From Promethearchaeota archaeon (GTDB lineage: Archaea > Asgardarchaeota > Lokiarchaeia > Sigyniarchaeales > SOKP01), in contig JBHLLT010000007.1 of NCBI GenBank assembly GCA_048938855.1, positions 34,063-98,062 of the forward strand: a stretch of DNA of 64,000 nucleotides. Reading direction: 5' to 3'. Each line of letters starts with the position of its first letter. Within the stretch, counting starts at the first letter, position 1. Under the pieces are notes generated by a model. It had not been told where the DNA came from. It saw nothing but the letters and a program-made list of their open reading frames with translations, and did no database searches. This document shows positions 10,479 through 21,364 of this stretch, one piece after another. Made by a program: the position numbers and the translations under genes.

Positions 10479-10619
10479 ATAATTATATTTCAGTTTTCAA
10501 GCGGGATTATAGATTTTTTGTTAGATCCTACCGTTTTGCGGTATATTATTGCGGGAATTATAGCGCTTGTGATAATAATTATATGCTGTGCTCTCCATAA
10601 GAAATTCACCTCAGATTGA
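10479..10619 (+). CDS. Putative single-TM micro-protein (start uncertain, candidate ATA/ATT)
   Basis: Read manually: IIIFQFSSGIIDFLLDPTVLRYIIAGIIALVIIIICCALHKKFTSD*. Clean TM helix followed by a basic tail. Confidence 0.4.
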   Translation: MIIFQFSSGIIDFLLDPTVLRYIIAGIIALVIIIICCALHKKFTSD

Positions 10620-10648
10620 AATCAGTTCAAGAAATAAAGTCGATTATG

Positions 10649-11167
10649 TTACATTCTCAGTTTTAACTCATCTAATTTTCGTCTCATTTCAGATCTTGCT
10701 GTTAGGGCATAAGTAAAATTAGGATCAATTTCTAATGCTTTTTCATAGAATTTTAAAGCTTCCTCGTAATTTTCCAAATCTTCATAAACTAATCCTAAGT
10801 TATATAGACTATATTTATAATCAGGTTTTATTTCTAATGCTTCATGAAAGTGAATGATAGCATTCTCTATTTCACCTAAATTAAAACAAGCAATCCCTAA
10901 ATTATAAAATGCTCTATAATTTTTGGGATTGATTCGAGTAATTTTATCAAAGCATATTTTAGCTTTTTCATATCCTTGAATATAATGATCATTAAGATAT
11001 CCTCCATACTCGAACAATGTATCTATTAGGAGTTTTTTAATCTCTTCAGAATCAGGATGATCATTATATAATTCTCCCATGATTTCTAAAGCTTCATCAA
11101 ATTTTTCTTGATCTTTTAGATTTCTTGCTTTTTCAAGGAGATCCTTTGAATTGTTTGATGCTCTCAT
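10649..11167 (-). CDS. Tetratricopeptide repeat protein
   Basis: Repeated YNLG..Y..LG.YE.A...Y.KALEI.P TPR consensus. Confidence 0.92.
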   Translation of the reverse strand: MRASNNSKDLLEKARNLKDQEKFDEALEIMGELYNDHPDSEEIKKLLIDTLFEYGGYLNDHYIQGYEKAKICFDKITRINPKNYRAFYNLGIACFNLGEIENAIIHFHEALEIKPDYKYSLYNLGLVYEDLENYEEALKFYEKALEIDPNFTYALTARSEMRRKLDELKLRM

Positions 11168-11209
11168 AATATAGCTTCACAAAGGGAAAAAATATATAAT
11201 AAGATTTAA

Positions 11210-11674
11210 TTATACTTCATTCTCATACCATATGTACCTAGACTTTTTCACTCCTAATTTGAGGAATAAACTTCTTAAAGCTCCATCTGAATCTGGACAT
11301 ATAAAATATATTTTATCTATTTTTAGAGATCGTTTGATATATAATTGCAACTCTTTGATTATTTTTTCTTCAATTCCTTTTTTAAATGAGTCTTCTTTTT
11401 TAGTCATTACTTGATGGATTAATACTCTATCGTTTCCTAAATAATCTCTAAACAATGTGTAAGTCCCAAAACCTATGATTTTTCCATCTTCTTTAGCTAC
11501 CACCATAGAATTCCTATATTGAAGGTCTAAAGTCCTACGATTCAGTTCTTCTTCGAATTTCTCCCAGTGAGAGAAGAAATATGACTTAACCGAAATAAAA
11601 TCCTTGAATAATTCCTTCAATGCTTCTTTATCAACTCTAGGATCATATCTATCAATAATAATCAATATCTTCAC
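11210..11674 (-). CDS. GNAT-fold protein (degenerate acetyltransferase-like)
   Basis: MVVAKEDGKIIGFG, FKKGIEEKII (degenerate motif A) and LFLKLGV. Confidence 0.65.
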   Translation of the reverse strand: MKILIIIDRYDPRVDKEALKELFKDFISVKSYFFSHWEKFEEELNRRTLDLQYRNSMVVAKEDGKIIGFGTYTLFRDYLGNDRVLIHQVMTKKEDSFKKGIEEKIIKELQLYIKRSLKIDKIYFICPDSDGALRSLFLKLGVKKSRYIWYENEV

Positions 11675-11758
11675 CGTAGTAAATAGATATTTAACAAAAT
11701 ATCTATTCTTTAATAAAAATTATTTTTTAAAATTGGAAATTATTTAAATTGATGTATT

Positions 11759-12274
11759 ATGAGCCAAAATAATAGCAACAGAAATATTTCAATTCCTTTA
11801 AAGAAATTAAATAAGGATACTATCGTTCCAAATCCATCAAAACCTGGAGACGCCGGTGCTGACGTAAGAATAATCAGTTTTAAGAAGATAATTCACGAAG
11901 GCAACAAAAGGGAATTAATTGATATTGATTCAGATTCGTATACGTTAAAACCACTTGAGAGAGTTGGTTGTCCCTTAGGGTTTTCAACAGCTATTCCAGA
12001 AGGATATTATTTCAAAGTTGTTCCTAGAAGTGGATTGGCTTTATGGGATGGAATCTCAATTGTGAACTCCCCAGGTACGATAGATGCGGGTTACAGGAAT
12101 GAATGGATGGCAATTGTAGTAAATCTTTCAAATAAAGATGTTATACTAAAAAAAGGTGAAAGAATTTGTCAGATTATTTTATCAAAAATGTATGATTATA
12201 AATTTATTGAAACAGATGAATTACCTGAATCTGAACGAGGAAAAGGAGGATTTGGGAGCACAGGTAAGATTTAG
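11759..12274 (+). CDS. dut: Trimeric dUTPase
   Basis: Motifs GDAGAD, PRSGLA, GTIDAGYR, GERICQ and RGKGGFGSTG. Confidence 0.97.
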   Translation: MSQNNSNRNISIPLKKLNKDTIVPNPSKPGDAGADVRIISFKKIIHEGNKRELIDIDSDSYTLKPLERVGCPLGFSTAIPEGYYFKVVPRSGLALWDGISIVNSPGTIDAGYRNEWMAIVVNLSNKDVILKKGERICQIILSKMYDYKFIETDELPESERGKGGFGSTGKI

Positions 12275-12316
12275 AGTTCAAATAACTATTAATATGTTGA
12301 AAAAGAAAGATATATT

Positions 12317-12529
12317 ATGCCAGAAATTACTGATGAAGAAAAATTCATCATAGAAAGACTTAAGGAAAAAGGCGGAAAATTGAATTACAAGGAATTACAA
12401 AATCTTTGTGAAGATAAATTCGAAGGCGTAAGACTTATTCTTAAAAAATTAAAAGAAAAAGGAATTGTTGGTTATGAAGGAATGATACCTGGATTTTCTG
12501 CTGAAATTGAGTTGTTAAAAGAAATTTAA
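12317..12529 (+). CDS. Small winged-helix protein
   Basis: 70 aa with an HTH-like ..LNYKELQ...VRLILKKLKEKGIV pattern. Confidence 0.7.
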   Translation: MPEITDEEKFIIERLKEKGGKLNYKELQNLCEDKFEGVRLILKKLKEKGIVGYEGMIPGFSAEIELLKEI

Positions 12530-12607
12530 ACCTTAATAATAACTATTAATAAAACTCATAATAGATTTTTAATTTTTTCCTTATAGCTATTTGGTTCAAA
12601 AAATATT

Positions 12608-14113
12608 ATGTCTGAAATTAATTTGCATAACCTAAAGACTAATTTTCTATATAAATTTCTCAATCCCGACAGTATCGCTATATTTGGGGCATCAAATTCT
12701 TTTTTGGATAATATGGGTGCTATGATGCTTCGAAATATTATCGTTGGGGGATTATCAAAACAAAAAATCTACCCTATTCATCCAAGATTAGAAAATATTC
12801 AAGGGTTAAAGGCATATAAAACAATATTAGATCTTCCTGAAGTTCCAGAATTAGCCTTTATTATTCTAAGACCAAATAAAGTGTTAAATGTATTAGAAGA
12901 ATGTGGAATAAAGGGAGTTAAACGCGCAATTATTGTATCTGGAGGATTTCGGGAGTTCGGTTTCGAGGGGATCGAGTTATCTCAAAAAATTCGTGATATC
13001 GCTAAAAAATATAATATAAGATATATCGGTCCGAACTGTTTGGGGGTTTATAATGCCTTTTATAAATATCCTGAGTTAGATGGTAAATGTTTTAATACTA
13101 TGTGGATATACGAAACTCCTGAGCGAGGGAATATTTCCATCATTGCTCAATCAGGCACGGTTGCTTCTCATATTTTTTGGTTCTGCAATCAAATAGGGGT
13201 TAAAATAGGAAAAACATTTTCAATCGGAAATGAAGAAAATATTGATTTAGTTGAATTTTTAGATTATCTTAAGGATGACCCTCAAACTGATGTAATCGGG
13301 CTCTATATTGAGGAAATCAAAAGAGGTAAAGAATTTATAGAAAAAATAAAAGAAATAACTCCTAACAAACCGATTGTAGCGATATATGCAGGCGGGACTG
13401 AAGCTGCCTCACGTTCAATCATGGGGCATACAGGCTCAATTGCAGGAGATGATAAAATATTTGAGGCAGTATTTCGAGAGACAGGGATAATTTCTACAGA
13501 TTCAATAAAAGAATTTTTATATTATTTGCGAACATTCTCCTATAAAATCATTCCTAAAGGCAATAGATTGGGAATTATTACAGATTCAGGAGGATGTGGG
13601 GCTATGATGGCAAAAGTAGCTGAAAAACTAGGATTAGAGGTTCCTGAATTTTCAGAAGAATTACGAGAAAATTTAAAAAAATATATACCACCTGTGGCAA
13701 ATATAGATAATCCATTAGATCTAACTTTTCAATTTAATCAGTATAATATTTACATAAAAATACCTAAAGCTATGATTAATTCGGGTGAAATTGACGGGAT
13801 TATTATATATGCTGTATTCGGTTTTGATGAAATATTAGACATAATAAATAGCTCTGGAGGCAAAAGATATGATGAATTTGAAATATCAAATGAAATGATG
13901 AAGAGACTTTATCTAAAACCAATACAACGCTCAATTAGAAAAAAGAATGTTCCAGTTTTTTATATTGGTCCTCAAGGCTATAATAATCCATGGGTTAGAG
14001 AATTCATAAATTCAAATCTTCCTATTTTTGATTTATGGGACATGCCAGTAAAGTGCTTTTCAGTATTAGCTAAATATTCAGAATTTTGTAAAAAAAAAGA
14101 ATATCAAAGCTAA
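12608..14113 (+). CDS. Acyl-CoA synthetase (NDP-forming) alpha-subunit-like, CoA-binding protein
   Basis: SIAIFGAS, GPNCLG, QSG, SIGNE, GHTGSIAG (phospho-His), SGGCG and NPLDL. Confidence 0.9.
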   Translation: MSEINLHNLKTNFLYKFLNPDSIAIFGASNSFLDNMGAMMLRNIIVGGLSKQKIYPIHPRLENIQGLKAYKTILDLPEVPELAFIILRPNKVLNVLEECGIKGVKRAIIVSGGFREFGFEGIELSQKIRDIAKKYNIRYIGPNCLGVYNAFYKYPELDGKCFNTMWIYETPERGNISIIAQSGTVASHIFWFCNQIGVKIGKTFSIGNEENIDLVEFLDYLKDDPQTDVIGLYIEEIKRGKEFIEKIKEITPNKPIVAIYAGGTEAASRSIMGHTGSIAGDDKIFEAVFRETGIISTDSIKEFLYYLRTFSYKIIPKGNRLGIITDSGGCGAMMAKVAEKLGLEVPEFSEELRENLKKYIPPVANIDNPLDLTFQFNQYNIYIKIPKAMINSGEIDGIIIYAVFGFDEILDIINSSGGKRYDEFEISNEMMKRLYLKPIQRSIRKKNVPVFYIGPQGYNNPWVREFINSNLPIFDLWDMPVKCFSVLAKYSEFCKKKEYQS

Positions 14114-14258
14114 ACATTAAAATGTTGAGATGGTATTTATCTCTTTATTTCACTAATTATATATATAAATTCTATCTATAATTATTAGAATACTTAAATA
14201 AGAATTAATTAAGCAATAGAATTTTAAATTTTCTAAATACTAATCTTTTGGTTTAAAA

Positions 14259-15257
14259 ATGCCTATAGAATTTGTTAATCCCCCTTCTGCGATTTTAGCT
14301 TCTGGATCCAAATTAGGAGTTGAACTTGGAGGAAGTAAAAGCATTTTAAGCATCGATGCTTTTCACAATTTATATTCAGAAGGCGTAATTTTTAGCGAAC
14401 TGAGCTGGGGAGCCTTTTATCAAGAAGAAGGGTTGGAAGATCAAATTAACACTTTCGAAACTAAGGAATTTGATTCTATTCGTGAAGATCCAGACGCATT
14501 GGTTAAAGCTATTATAGAAACAATTTACAATATTATTAACAATGAAAAACTTTTTTATGGGATTGTAGATTTTGAAGTAGATGCCTTTCTTAATCAAAAT
14601 ACTGTTATCCCTGGCCTTAAATTAGATTATGCTATCATAAATAAATTATTAGAGGCTCATAAAAAAACAAGGGATAAAGACTTATTTCCAAAACTAGTGT
14701 CTGATGCAAAAGGAACGCATAGAATAAAAGTAGAATTTCAAGGAAAAAAAAAGAAAAATCTTCATCTTAAAGGAAGTAAATTAGAAGATTTAGCTAATAT
14801 CTTAAGATTTGCTAATGGATTTGCTACAGGGATTGTCTGTACTTCTCGAGGTGCTGCAAATCTCTATGTTTTAAGTGATAATATTGTTTTTGAAGAAGAC
14901 ATAATACCAGACCTTCATATAGACGAAGAAAATCTAGAAATTATTGAACTCGGTATTCAAAGAGAGTTATTGTTTCCAATTAGTTGGTTCAGAATTGATT
15001 TAGGGATTAAATCATTAGAGACATTGGAACTCTGGGATAATATCAAAAATGATGCAAAATTAAGTAAAGCTTTAGAACGCTATGAGAAGTATATAACAGG
15101 TCTAGTTTATAAAAAGTTTAAATTTATGGCTTCAACAGAGCAAATAGGAACTGATTTTGAAGAAGAATTTTATACATTGAATCCTGCTGAAAGAAGAAAA
15201 GCATTAAGTGACATGGCTGAAGCAATAAGAAAACTGACTGATGAATATAAGAAATAA
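14259..15257 (+). CDS. Hypothetical protein
   Basis: 332-aa ORF with typical composition and no recognisable motif. Confidence 0.8.
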   Translation: MPIEFVNPPSAILASGSKLGVELGGSKSILSIDAFHNLYSEGVIFSELSWGAFYQEEGLEDQINTFETKEFDSIREDPDALVKAIIETIYNIINNEKLFYGIVDFEVDAFLNQNTVIPGLKLDYAIINKLLEAHKKTRDKDLFPKLVSDAKGTHRIKVEFQGKKKKNLHLKGSKLEDLANILRFANGFATGIVCTSRGAANLYVLSDNIVFEEDIIPDLHIDEENLEIIELGIQRELLFPISWFRIDLGIKSLETLELWDNIKNDAKLSKALERYEKYITGLVYKKFKFMASTEQIGTDFEEEFYTLNPAERRKALSDMAEAIRKLTDEYKK

Positions 15258-15265
15258 ATATTTTG

Positions 15266-15571
15266 CTATTCTTTCAAAATTCTGGGAGCTTTGAAATAAC
15301 CATCTTTTTTATGTTTTGCATTTCTTAAAGCTTCCTCATTACTAAGAGAGTCCCATGGTACATCTTCACGGAAGACATTTTTTAATCCATCAATAGGATG
15401 AGTGGTAGGTTTCACAGTACTAGTGTCTAGTTCATCCAATTTTTTAAAATAATTTAAAATATCACCCAATTCCTTTGATAATTTCTCTTTTTCTTCTTCA
15501 GATAGATCTATTAAAGCTAATTTCGAGATATGATCAATGGTTTCCTTTGAGAATTCCTTTTTATTTGTCAT
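15266..15571 (-). CDS. gatC: Asp-tRNA(Asn)/Glu-tRNA(Gln) amidotransferase subunit C
   Basis: HISKLALIDL, NVFRED and ALRNA....GYFKAPRI. Confidence 0.95.
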   Translation of the reverse strand: MTNKKEFSKETIDHISKLALIDLSEEEKEKLSKELGDILNYFKKLDELDTSTVKPTTHPIDGLKNVFREDVPWDSLSNEEALRNAKHKKDGYFKAPRILKE

Positions 15572-15662
15572 ATACTAAGTCAATAAAATATAAGAACAGA
15601 TAATAATTAAGGTTGACCGCATTAAATTACAATTATACAAATTAATAATAAAGATTAATTGG

Positions 15663-16031
15663 ATGTCTAATTTTATTTTAAATATGGATGATAAAGAAGA
15701 AATAATTTACCCTAGCTATGCTTTTATAGCGCTTGCACGACGTGGGATGGAAAAAATATCTTTAGATCAATGCTTTCTTGATAACTGTGATAACGAAGAT
15801 CCAAATCTTTTAGAACCATTTAAAAAGGAAGTAGTTGAGGAAGATAAGAAAAAAATTGAAAACATTTACATAAAATGTAAAAAATGTAATCGTACATTCA
15901 TTCTTAAATTTGAAACTATAAAATATGTAGCGAAATCAACTAAAGAAAAAGAAGAAAAGCCTCTTTCTATGGGATTAGTCCATGCACTTGATGAAAATGG
16001 AAAAAATCTAGGACATATAGGGTATTTCTGA
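15663..16031 (+). CDS. Hypothetical protein, probably zinc-binding
   Basis: CFLDNC ... CKKC; directly coupled to the downstream HAD gene. Confidence 0.7.
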   Translation: MSNFILNMDDKEEIIYPSYAFIALARRGMEKISLDQCFLDNCDNEDPNLLEPFKKEVVEEDKKKIENIYIKCKKCNRTFILKFETIKYVAKSTKEKEEKPLSMGLVHALDENGKNLGHIGYF

Positions 16032-16032
16032 A

Positions 16033-16722
16033 ATGAAATTCGATTGCTACATATTTGATTTAGATGGAACGTTATTGGATCTTGGGAATATTGGATTTTA
16101 TGCTGATCAAATATTAGTTGAGACTTTAAAAAAGATTGGAGTCAAAAGAATTCCTAGTAAAATCGAAAGGAGGGAATTATGGTATTCTGGAGGAAAATTT
16201 CAGCCGATATTAAAGAAATGGGGTATTCCTGAATCTATTGCATTTTGGAAATACTATGATAAAACTGATTTTGAGAAGAGAAAAATACTTCTTATGAATA
16301 ACCAGCTTTCACTATATAATAATGTAGTAATTTTATTAGACCAAATCTACAATTACAAAGAAAATAAAAAACTGGCTATTTGTACAAACACAGCAGATTA
16401 TATCGTTGATTATTTCTTAAAACACTTTGAAATCAATAATTATTTTCATGAAATCTTTAGTATGAGAGGGAACAACCAGGAATTTGCTAAACCCTCTCCT
16501 AAAGGAATTCTTACAATCTTAGAGAACTTTAAAATTATTTCTCGAAAAGATACTGCTATTATGGTTGGAGATTCAATTAACGACATAAAAGCTGCAAAAG
16601 CTGCAAATATTTCTTCTTGTTTAATTAATCATATGAAAAGAAATGAAAATAAATTATTTAAAAAATGGATTGTTCAACCAGATTATGTTATCGGAAATCT
16701 ATCCGATCTGGCTGAATTATAA
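16033..16722 (+). CDS. HAD-superfamily hydrolase (Gph-like)
   Basis: IFDLDGTLLD, ICTN, KPSP and MVGDSIND. Confidence 0.93.
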   Translation: MKFDCYIFDLDGTLLDLGNIGFYADQILVETLKKIGVKRIPSKIERRELWYSGGKFQPILKKWGIPESIAFWKYYDKTDFEKRKILLMNNQLSLYNNVVILLDQIYNYKENKKLAICTNTADYIVDYFLKHFEINNYFHEIFSMRGNNQEFAKPSPKGILTILENFKIISRKDTAIMVGDSINDIKAAKAANISSCLINHMKRNENKLFKKWIVQPDYVIGNLSDLAEL

Positions 16723-16858
16723 TTGCTCTTAATAATTTTTCTAATTAGCTAATTTGAAACAACAATTTACAGTCGGATTCATTTATACTTTAAGAAAAAA
16801 AAATAAATAATCAAACTGCTTTTTATTTAATATTGAAAATCTTATGAGATCATTCTAA

Positions 16859-18586
16859 ATGTCGACAAATCTAGGAGAAGAAGATATTTTAAGAAAAAAA
16901 GTGTGGAAAATCATTAATTTAACTCAAGCTAATCAATTATTTGTTCACTATAAAGATTTGAGCATTAAGTATTTAGATAAAAAAAATAAAAAAGTCAGTA
17001 CGAAAAAATTACCTGAAATATTGTCTTTATGTGTCTTGAACGCAATAGTTCCTAATTCTGCTATGTTATTATATGGGGGCCATGGAGGAGGTAAAACTAC
17101 TCTTGTAAAGCTTCTAGGAAGGATGTTTACGGCAAGTTCACTAAATACCATAGAAAATTCTATTATTAGAGGTCACCCTCAATTAACTGAAGAGAAATTG
17201 ATTGGGACACTTAAATTAGGAAAATTAATGAAAGAGGGAGAGGAAGAGGTTGTATGGAGACAATTTGTCACAAATTTTTGGAAGATCATTGATGAAGTGA
17301 ATCGATTGACACCTTATGCACAAGATATTCTCTTATCATTATTAGCTGAAGGTACAGTTAAATATTACGATTCATTAGCAACTATTAATAAATTTTGTTT
17401 ATATGCAACGATAAACCCTAATGACATTGGGACTTTTGAACTATCTCAACCATTTCTAGATAGATTTGGAATCTCTGTGCCTATTTCAATGCCAGGAAGT
17501 CATGATTTACAACTAATATTAACTGGTAAAGATGAAAAATACTCAGGAATGGATGAATTAATTCAGGTTCCTAAAATTCTAACTATTGATGAATTAATGG
17601 AGATCTGGTACTATGTAAATAGAATAGTCTTTAATCCTGAAGTTAACAATTATATCCATGCAATTATAAGAGAATTTACATTATGTTCTAGGATAGACAA
17701 AGGTAATACAACAGATTTAAAACCAAGTACGGGATTGTGTTCTGGTTGCCATTTCAATACAGCTCAGAATATTTGCAATAAAATCGACTCAATTCTAAGT
17801 GTAAGAGTTGCAAAGGATTTATTGAGATATTCAAAAGCTTTAGCGTGGTTGTTAGGATTAGAAAAGATTGATGTTAATATTGTAAATACAATTGCACCAT
17901 ATGTTATTTCACATAGGGCTTTGTATGTAAAAAGAGAACTAGATTCGTCACCCTATTTTGGAAACCGATATGAATTTTCTAAGAATATTTTAACAACAAT
18001 TCAGAAAAGGTTTAAGAATCGAGAACTCTGCTACAAAATAGCAGATAGGTTCCGAGGAGGGAACCCTAAAGAAAATGATTTAGCAGAATTGAAGAAATTT
18101 GAAAAAAGTGATTTAATTGTAAAATATGATTTAATTCCTTTCGTAAACTCCGTGAATATTAAGGAATATGCCCCTATTGCCCTACAAATACAAGGAGCAG
18201 CAAAAAATGGGGATATTGTTAGTTTAGCTGAAATTCGAAATAATTTGTTAGAGAAATTGGATTTTCCTAATAGAGGGGATTTAATTGAGTGGTGCAATCG
18301 AGAGCTTTTTAGGCAAACAGTTACCGATTATATCTTTAAATACAATGACTGGAAGGAAGTATGGGCAGACATAGCGACTGAATTTTCTAACTTAGACCAA
18401 CCATTGAAAGAAGCATTTAGTAAAAGACAAACTAAACAAATCCGAACTGAAGATATGCTAATTGAGATTAATGTTACTGGAACCAAAGAAGAATCTTTAG
18501 TAAACATACAAATTTCTGGAGGTTCTGAAGCCTTGAAATTAAGAAAAATTCTAGATAATTTTGATTATATACAAAAAGAAGAATAA
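16859..18586 (+). CDS. MoxR-family AAA+ ATPase
   Basis: Walker A GGHGGGKT, Walker B IIDEVNR, ATINP, FLDRF and sensor-2 SVR. Confidence 0.9.
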   Translation: MSTNLGEEDILRKKVWKIINLTQANQLFVHYKDLSIKYLDKKNKKVSTKKLPEILSLCVLNAIVPNSAMLLYGGHGGGKTTLVKLLGRMFTASSLNTIENSIIRGHPQLTEEKLIGTLKLGKLMKEGEEEVVWRQFVTNFWKIIDEVNRLTPYAQDILLSLLAEGTVKYYDSLATINKFCLYATINPNDIGTFELSQPFLDRFGISVPISMPGSHDLQLILTGKDEKYSGMDELIQVPKILTIDELMEIWYYVNRIVFNPEVNNYIHAIIREFTLCSRIDKGNTTDLKPSTGLCSGCHFNTAQNICNKIDSILSVRVAKDLLRYSKALAWLLGLEKIDVNIVNTIAPYVISHRALYVKRELDSSPYFGNRYEFSKNILTTIQKRFKNRELCYKIADRFRGGNPKENDLAELKKFEKSDLIVKYDLIPFVNSVNIKEYAPIALQIQGAAKNGDIVSLAEIRNNLLEKLDFPNRGDLIEWCNRELFRQTVTDYIFKYNDWKEVWADIATEFSNLDQPLKEAFSKRQTKQIRTEDMLIEINVTGTKEESLVNIQISGGSEALKLRKILDNFDYIQKEE

Positions 18587-18602
18587 ATGAAAAAACTGTA
18601 AG

Positions 18603-20321
18603 ATGTTTCAAGTAAGAAAAAGAAAAGGAAAGGGTAATAAAAACCATCTAACAGAAAAGGAAAAGAAAACAATAGAATTAGCTAACATCGCTTGGAGCAA
18701 GACATTAAAAGAGTTTTATTATCCTCCTTTAAACGATCCCAATTATGTATTTGATTATACACATTTAGAGGGATTTTATATCGATCCCGAACACCGCTGG
18801 CAAATTACTATGAATCTAGCTAATACACCAATATTAAAAGATGATAATGAGTATATTAATTATTTTTTCATAATTTCACTTCATGAAGTATCCCATTACC
18901 AAATTATCCCTTATGATGGCCTCACACACGCCAGATTATTAAGAGCCGCTATAACTCAGCTAAATCAAAATTATGCCCCAATTGTTGTAAATATTTTTGC
19001 TGATTTGATTATTGATACTAAATTATATCGGAAATATACGAGTCTAATTGAATGGGAAATTACTAAGACTTATAAACATCTTACTTCTAAAGGACCTCTT
19101 AGTGATTTTAGTAAATTCCTATTTAGAACTTACGAAAAAATGTGGAAAAAAGAGGTAATCAATGATAAGAAGCTTAATGAGATGGATTCTTTAGCAGAAA
19201 GAGTTGCAAAAATAATCCTTAAGGATTTTGAAGATGAATCAACTTGGGAAAAAAAGGTTTCCCAAGTCGCAAGATCTTTGAAGAGTTTAATACAAGATAC
19301 CTTTACTTTAATAGGTACTGGTGGAGTAATAGATAAAAACAAAGAGAAGAGAAAAAGTCCGGAAGGTGCATATATCGAAATCCCTAAAGATGTACTCGAA
19401 ATAATGGATAATCCTTTAGAAATTAAAAATACAGACAAATTAAAAGAGGGAAATGAAGAAGATTTAAGAGCAAAATCAGAGGAATTTGCGAAAGATATTC
19501 CCTACTCTGAGTTTGGTGGACCTGCGCGTCAATCTGGTATACTAATTGACGGAAATCCATTAGCTACTTGGTATCGAGGATTAGCTAAAAATTTAATTCA
19601 AATAAAAATTTTTGAAAATAAACCTGGGGGTCAATTACCTATTTATCCAGAGGTTTGGCGGATTGGGGATAGAATAGAAGAATTAGATGTAGTTCAGAGC
19701 TTATTGAATAGTCCTATAATAATACCTAACATCACTACAAGAAAATGGACGTATAAAGAAGGACCAGGAAATCTAGTAGAGAAAGAGATTCCTGATTTAC
19801 TAATTGTTTTAGATTCTTCAGGATCTATGAGTTGGAATTATTCATCAAGAACAACAAGAGAAAAAGGTCAATATCATACTGCTTTAGTAGCTGCCTTCGC
19901 TTCTTTACATTATGTTGCAAGTAAAGGAGCAAAATTTAGTATAATTAATTTTTCCAATAAAGCAGATATTTGTAATTGGACCTCTGATTATAGGAAAGCC
20001 GAAAATATTTTATTAAGGTATCAAGGAGGTGGCACATTTCTCCCAATTAATGAAATCACAAGTCAGTGTGAAAAAACAGAAAAAAACGTTTTAGTGTTTA
20101 TAATTACCGATTTTGGAATATATAATTGGGGCAAAGCGAAAAAAACTATACTAAATCTAACTCAAAAAGGGCATAAATTAGTAGGCTTTTTCATAGGATC
20201 TAAGAAAATTCCCAAAGAAAAATTTGGAAGTTTATTAGATAAAGTTAAATTTTACGGGATAGGTAATTCCAAAGATCTTATTAACTTAGTCATTAAAGAA
20301 GTTCATAATTATTATTCTTAG
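18603..20321 (+). CDS. VWA-domain protein with N-terminal HEXXH metallopeptidase-like region (MoxR partner)
   Basis: LHEVSHY...NIFADLIID; C-terminal MIDAS LDSSGSM, GGGT and ITD. Confidence 0.88.
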   Translation: MFQVRKRKGKGNKNHLTEKEKKTIELANIAWSKTLKEFYYPPLNDPNYVFDYTHLEGFYIDPEHRWQITMNLANTPILKDDNEYINYFFIISLHEVSHYQIIPYDGLTHARLLRAAITQLNQNYAPIVVNIFADLIIDTKLYRKYTSLIEWEITKTYKHLTSKGPLSDFSKFLFRTYEKMWKKEVINDKKLNEMDSLAERVAKIILKDFEDESTWEKKVSQVARSLKSLIQDTFTLIGTGGVIDKNKEKRKSPEGAYIEIPKDVLEIMDNPLEIKNTDKLKEGNEEDLRAKSEEFAKDIPYSEFGGPARQSGILIDGNPLATWYRGLAKNLIQIKIFENKPGGQLPIYPEVWRIGDRIEELDVVQSLLNSPIIIPNITTRKWTYKEGPGNLVEKEIPDLLIVLDSSGSMSWNYSSRTTREKGQYHTALVAAFASLHYVASKGAKFSIINFSNKADICNWTSDYRKAENILLRYQGGGTFLPINEITSQCEKTEKNVLVFIITDFGIYNWGKAKKTILNLTQKGHKLVGFFIGSKKIPKEKFGSLLDKVKFYGIGNSKDLINLVIKEVHNYYS

Positions 20322-20431
20322 ATAATAATTAGCAATATCTAATAAACTCAGGAAAATAACATTTAAATTTAAAAGACCAAATTATTTTATCTTAATTAAA
20401 TTAGAAGACTCTAATAAAGAAAAGAACGGGA

Positions 20432-21364
20432 ATGGTTAATTTTTGTACTAATTGTGGGAATCCAGTAAAGCCTAATTGGGAATATTGTCCCTCCTGCTCA
20501 AATCGCTTATATCATATTCCGAAAATAGTTGGTAATACAGATATAGGATCTTATCAATCTGTTAAAATTGAATCAGAAAAATTAGTAACTCTTGGAAGAG
20601 AGATAGAAGAAAAGCCAAGACTAACAAAGAAACAAAAAAAAGCGTTAATTATAGGTATAATTGCAATTACTGCTTCAGTAATAACTCCAGTTGCAGGAGT
20701 TTTAACATTTCAGTATTTCTACCCACAACGGAATATTCAATTCTATGTAAATCATGGAGCTACTCCTTCATCATACACAATTTCGACTTCGCGAGATATT
20801 CTGGATTTTTTTCATGAGGCACCACATCCTTCACATACTCACTGGGATCCTGATTATGTAGCTTCAGTTATCGCTTCCTATTGTACTCCTAATTACTCAA
20901 AAATTATACAAATTTCAGAAGCAATTAAATCAAAATGCCTTGATCCATATGATTCAGAAGAAGTTGTGAATGCATTATTAAGCTTTACCCAAGCCATTGG
21001 ATATAAGGCGGAGATCATAGATTTAACTAAATATCCAATGGAAACATTATTCGATCAAGGAGACTGTGAAGATCTTTCTGTTTTATTTGGGTCGTTGGTT
21101 GTTTCATTAGGTTATGAAGCAATTTTAGCAGTAATAAATTATTATGATACTATTGAGGAACGATGGTTTGGTCATGCCTGTATTGGAGTATATTTAAATT
21201 TTACACCAACTCATCATCTGGGTTACCCTCCTAGTAATTCTTTTACAATAGATACAAAAGAATACTGGATTTGTGAGACTACCTCTCAGGGTTGGATGAT
21301 AGGGCATTTACCAACTTTAGATCCAAGTTATTATGTAATGGAGGCATATGAATTTATAAATTAA
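20432..21364 (+). CDS. Zinc ribbon + TM + transglutaminase-like cysteine protease domain
   Basis: CTNCG..CPSC, a TM helix, then YPMETL..GDCEDLSVL, GHACIG and ETT. Confidence 0.85.
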   Translation: MVNFCTNCGNPVKPNWEYCPSCSNRLYHIPKIVGNTDIGSYQSVKIESEKLVTLGREIEEKPRLTKKQKKALIIGIIAITASVITPVAGVLTFQYFYPQRNIQFYVNHGATPSSYTISTSRDILDFFHEAPHPSHTHWDPDYVASVIASYCTPNYSKIIQISEAIKSKCLDPYDSEEVVNALLSFTQAIGYKAEIIDLTKYPMETLFDQGDCEDLSVLFGSLVVSLGYEAILAVINYYDTIEERWFGHACIGVYLNFTPTHHLGYPPSNSFTIDTKEYWICETTSQGWMIGHLPTLDPSYYVMEAYEFIN

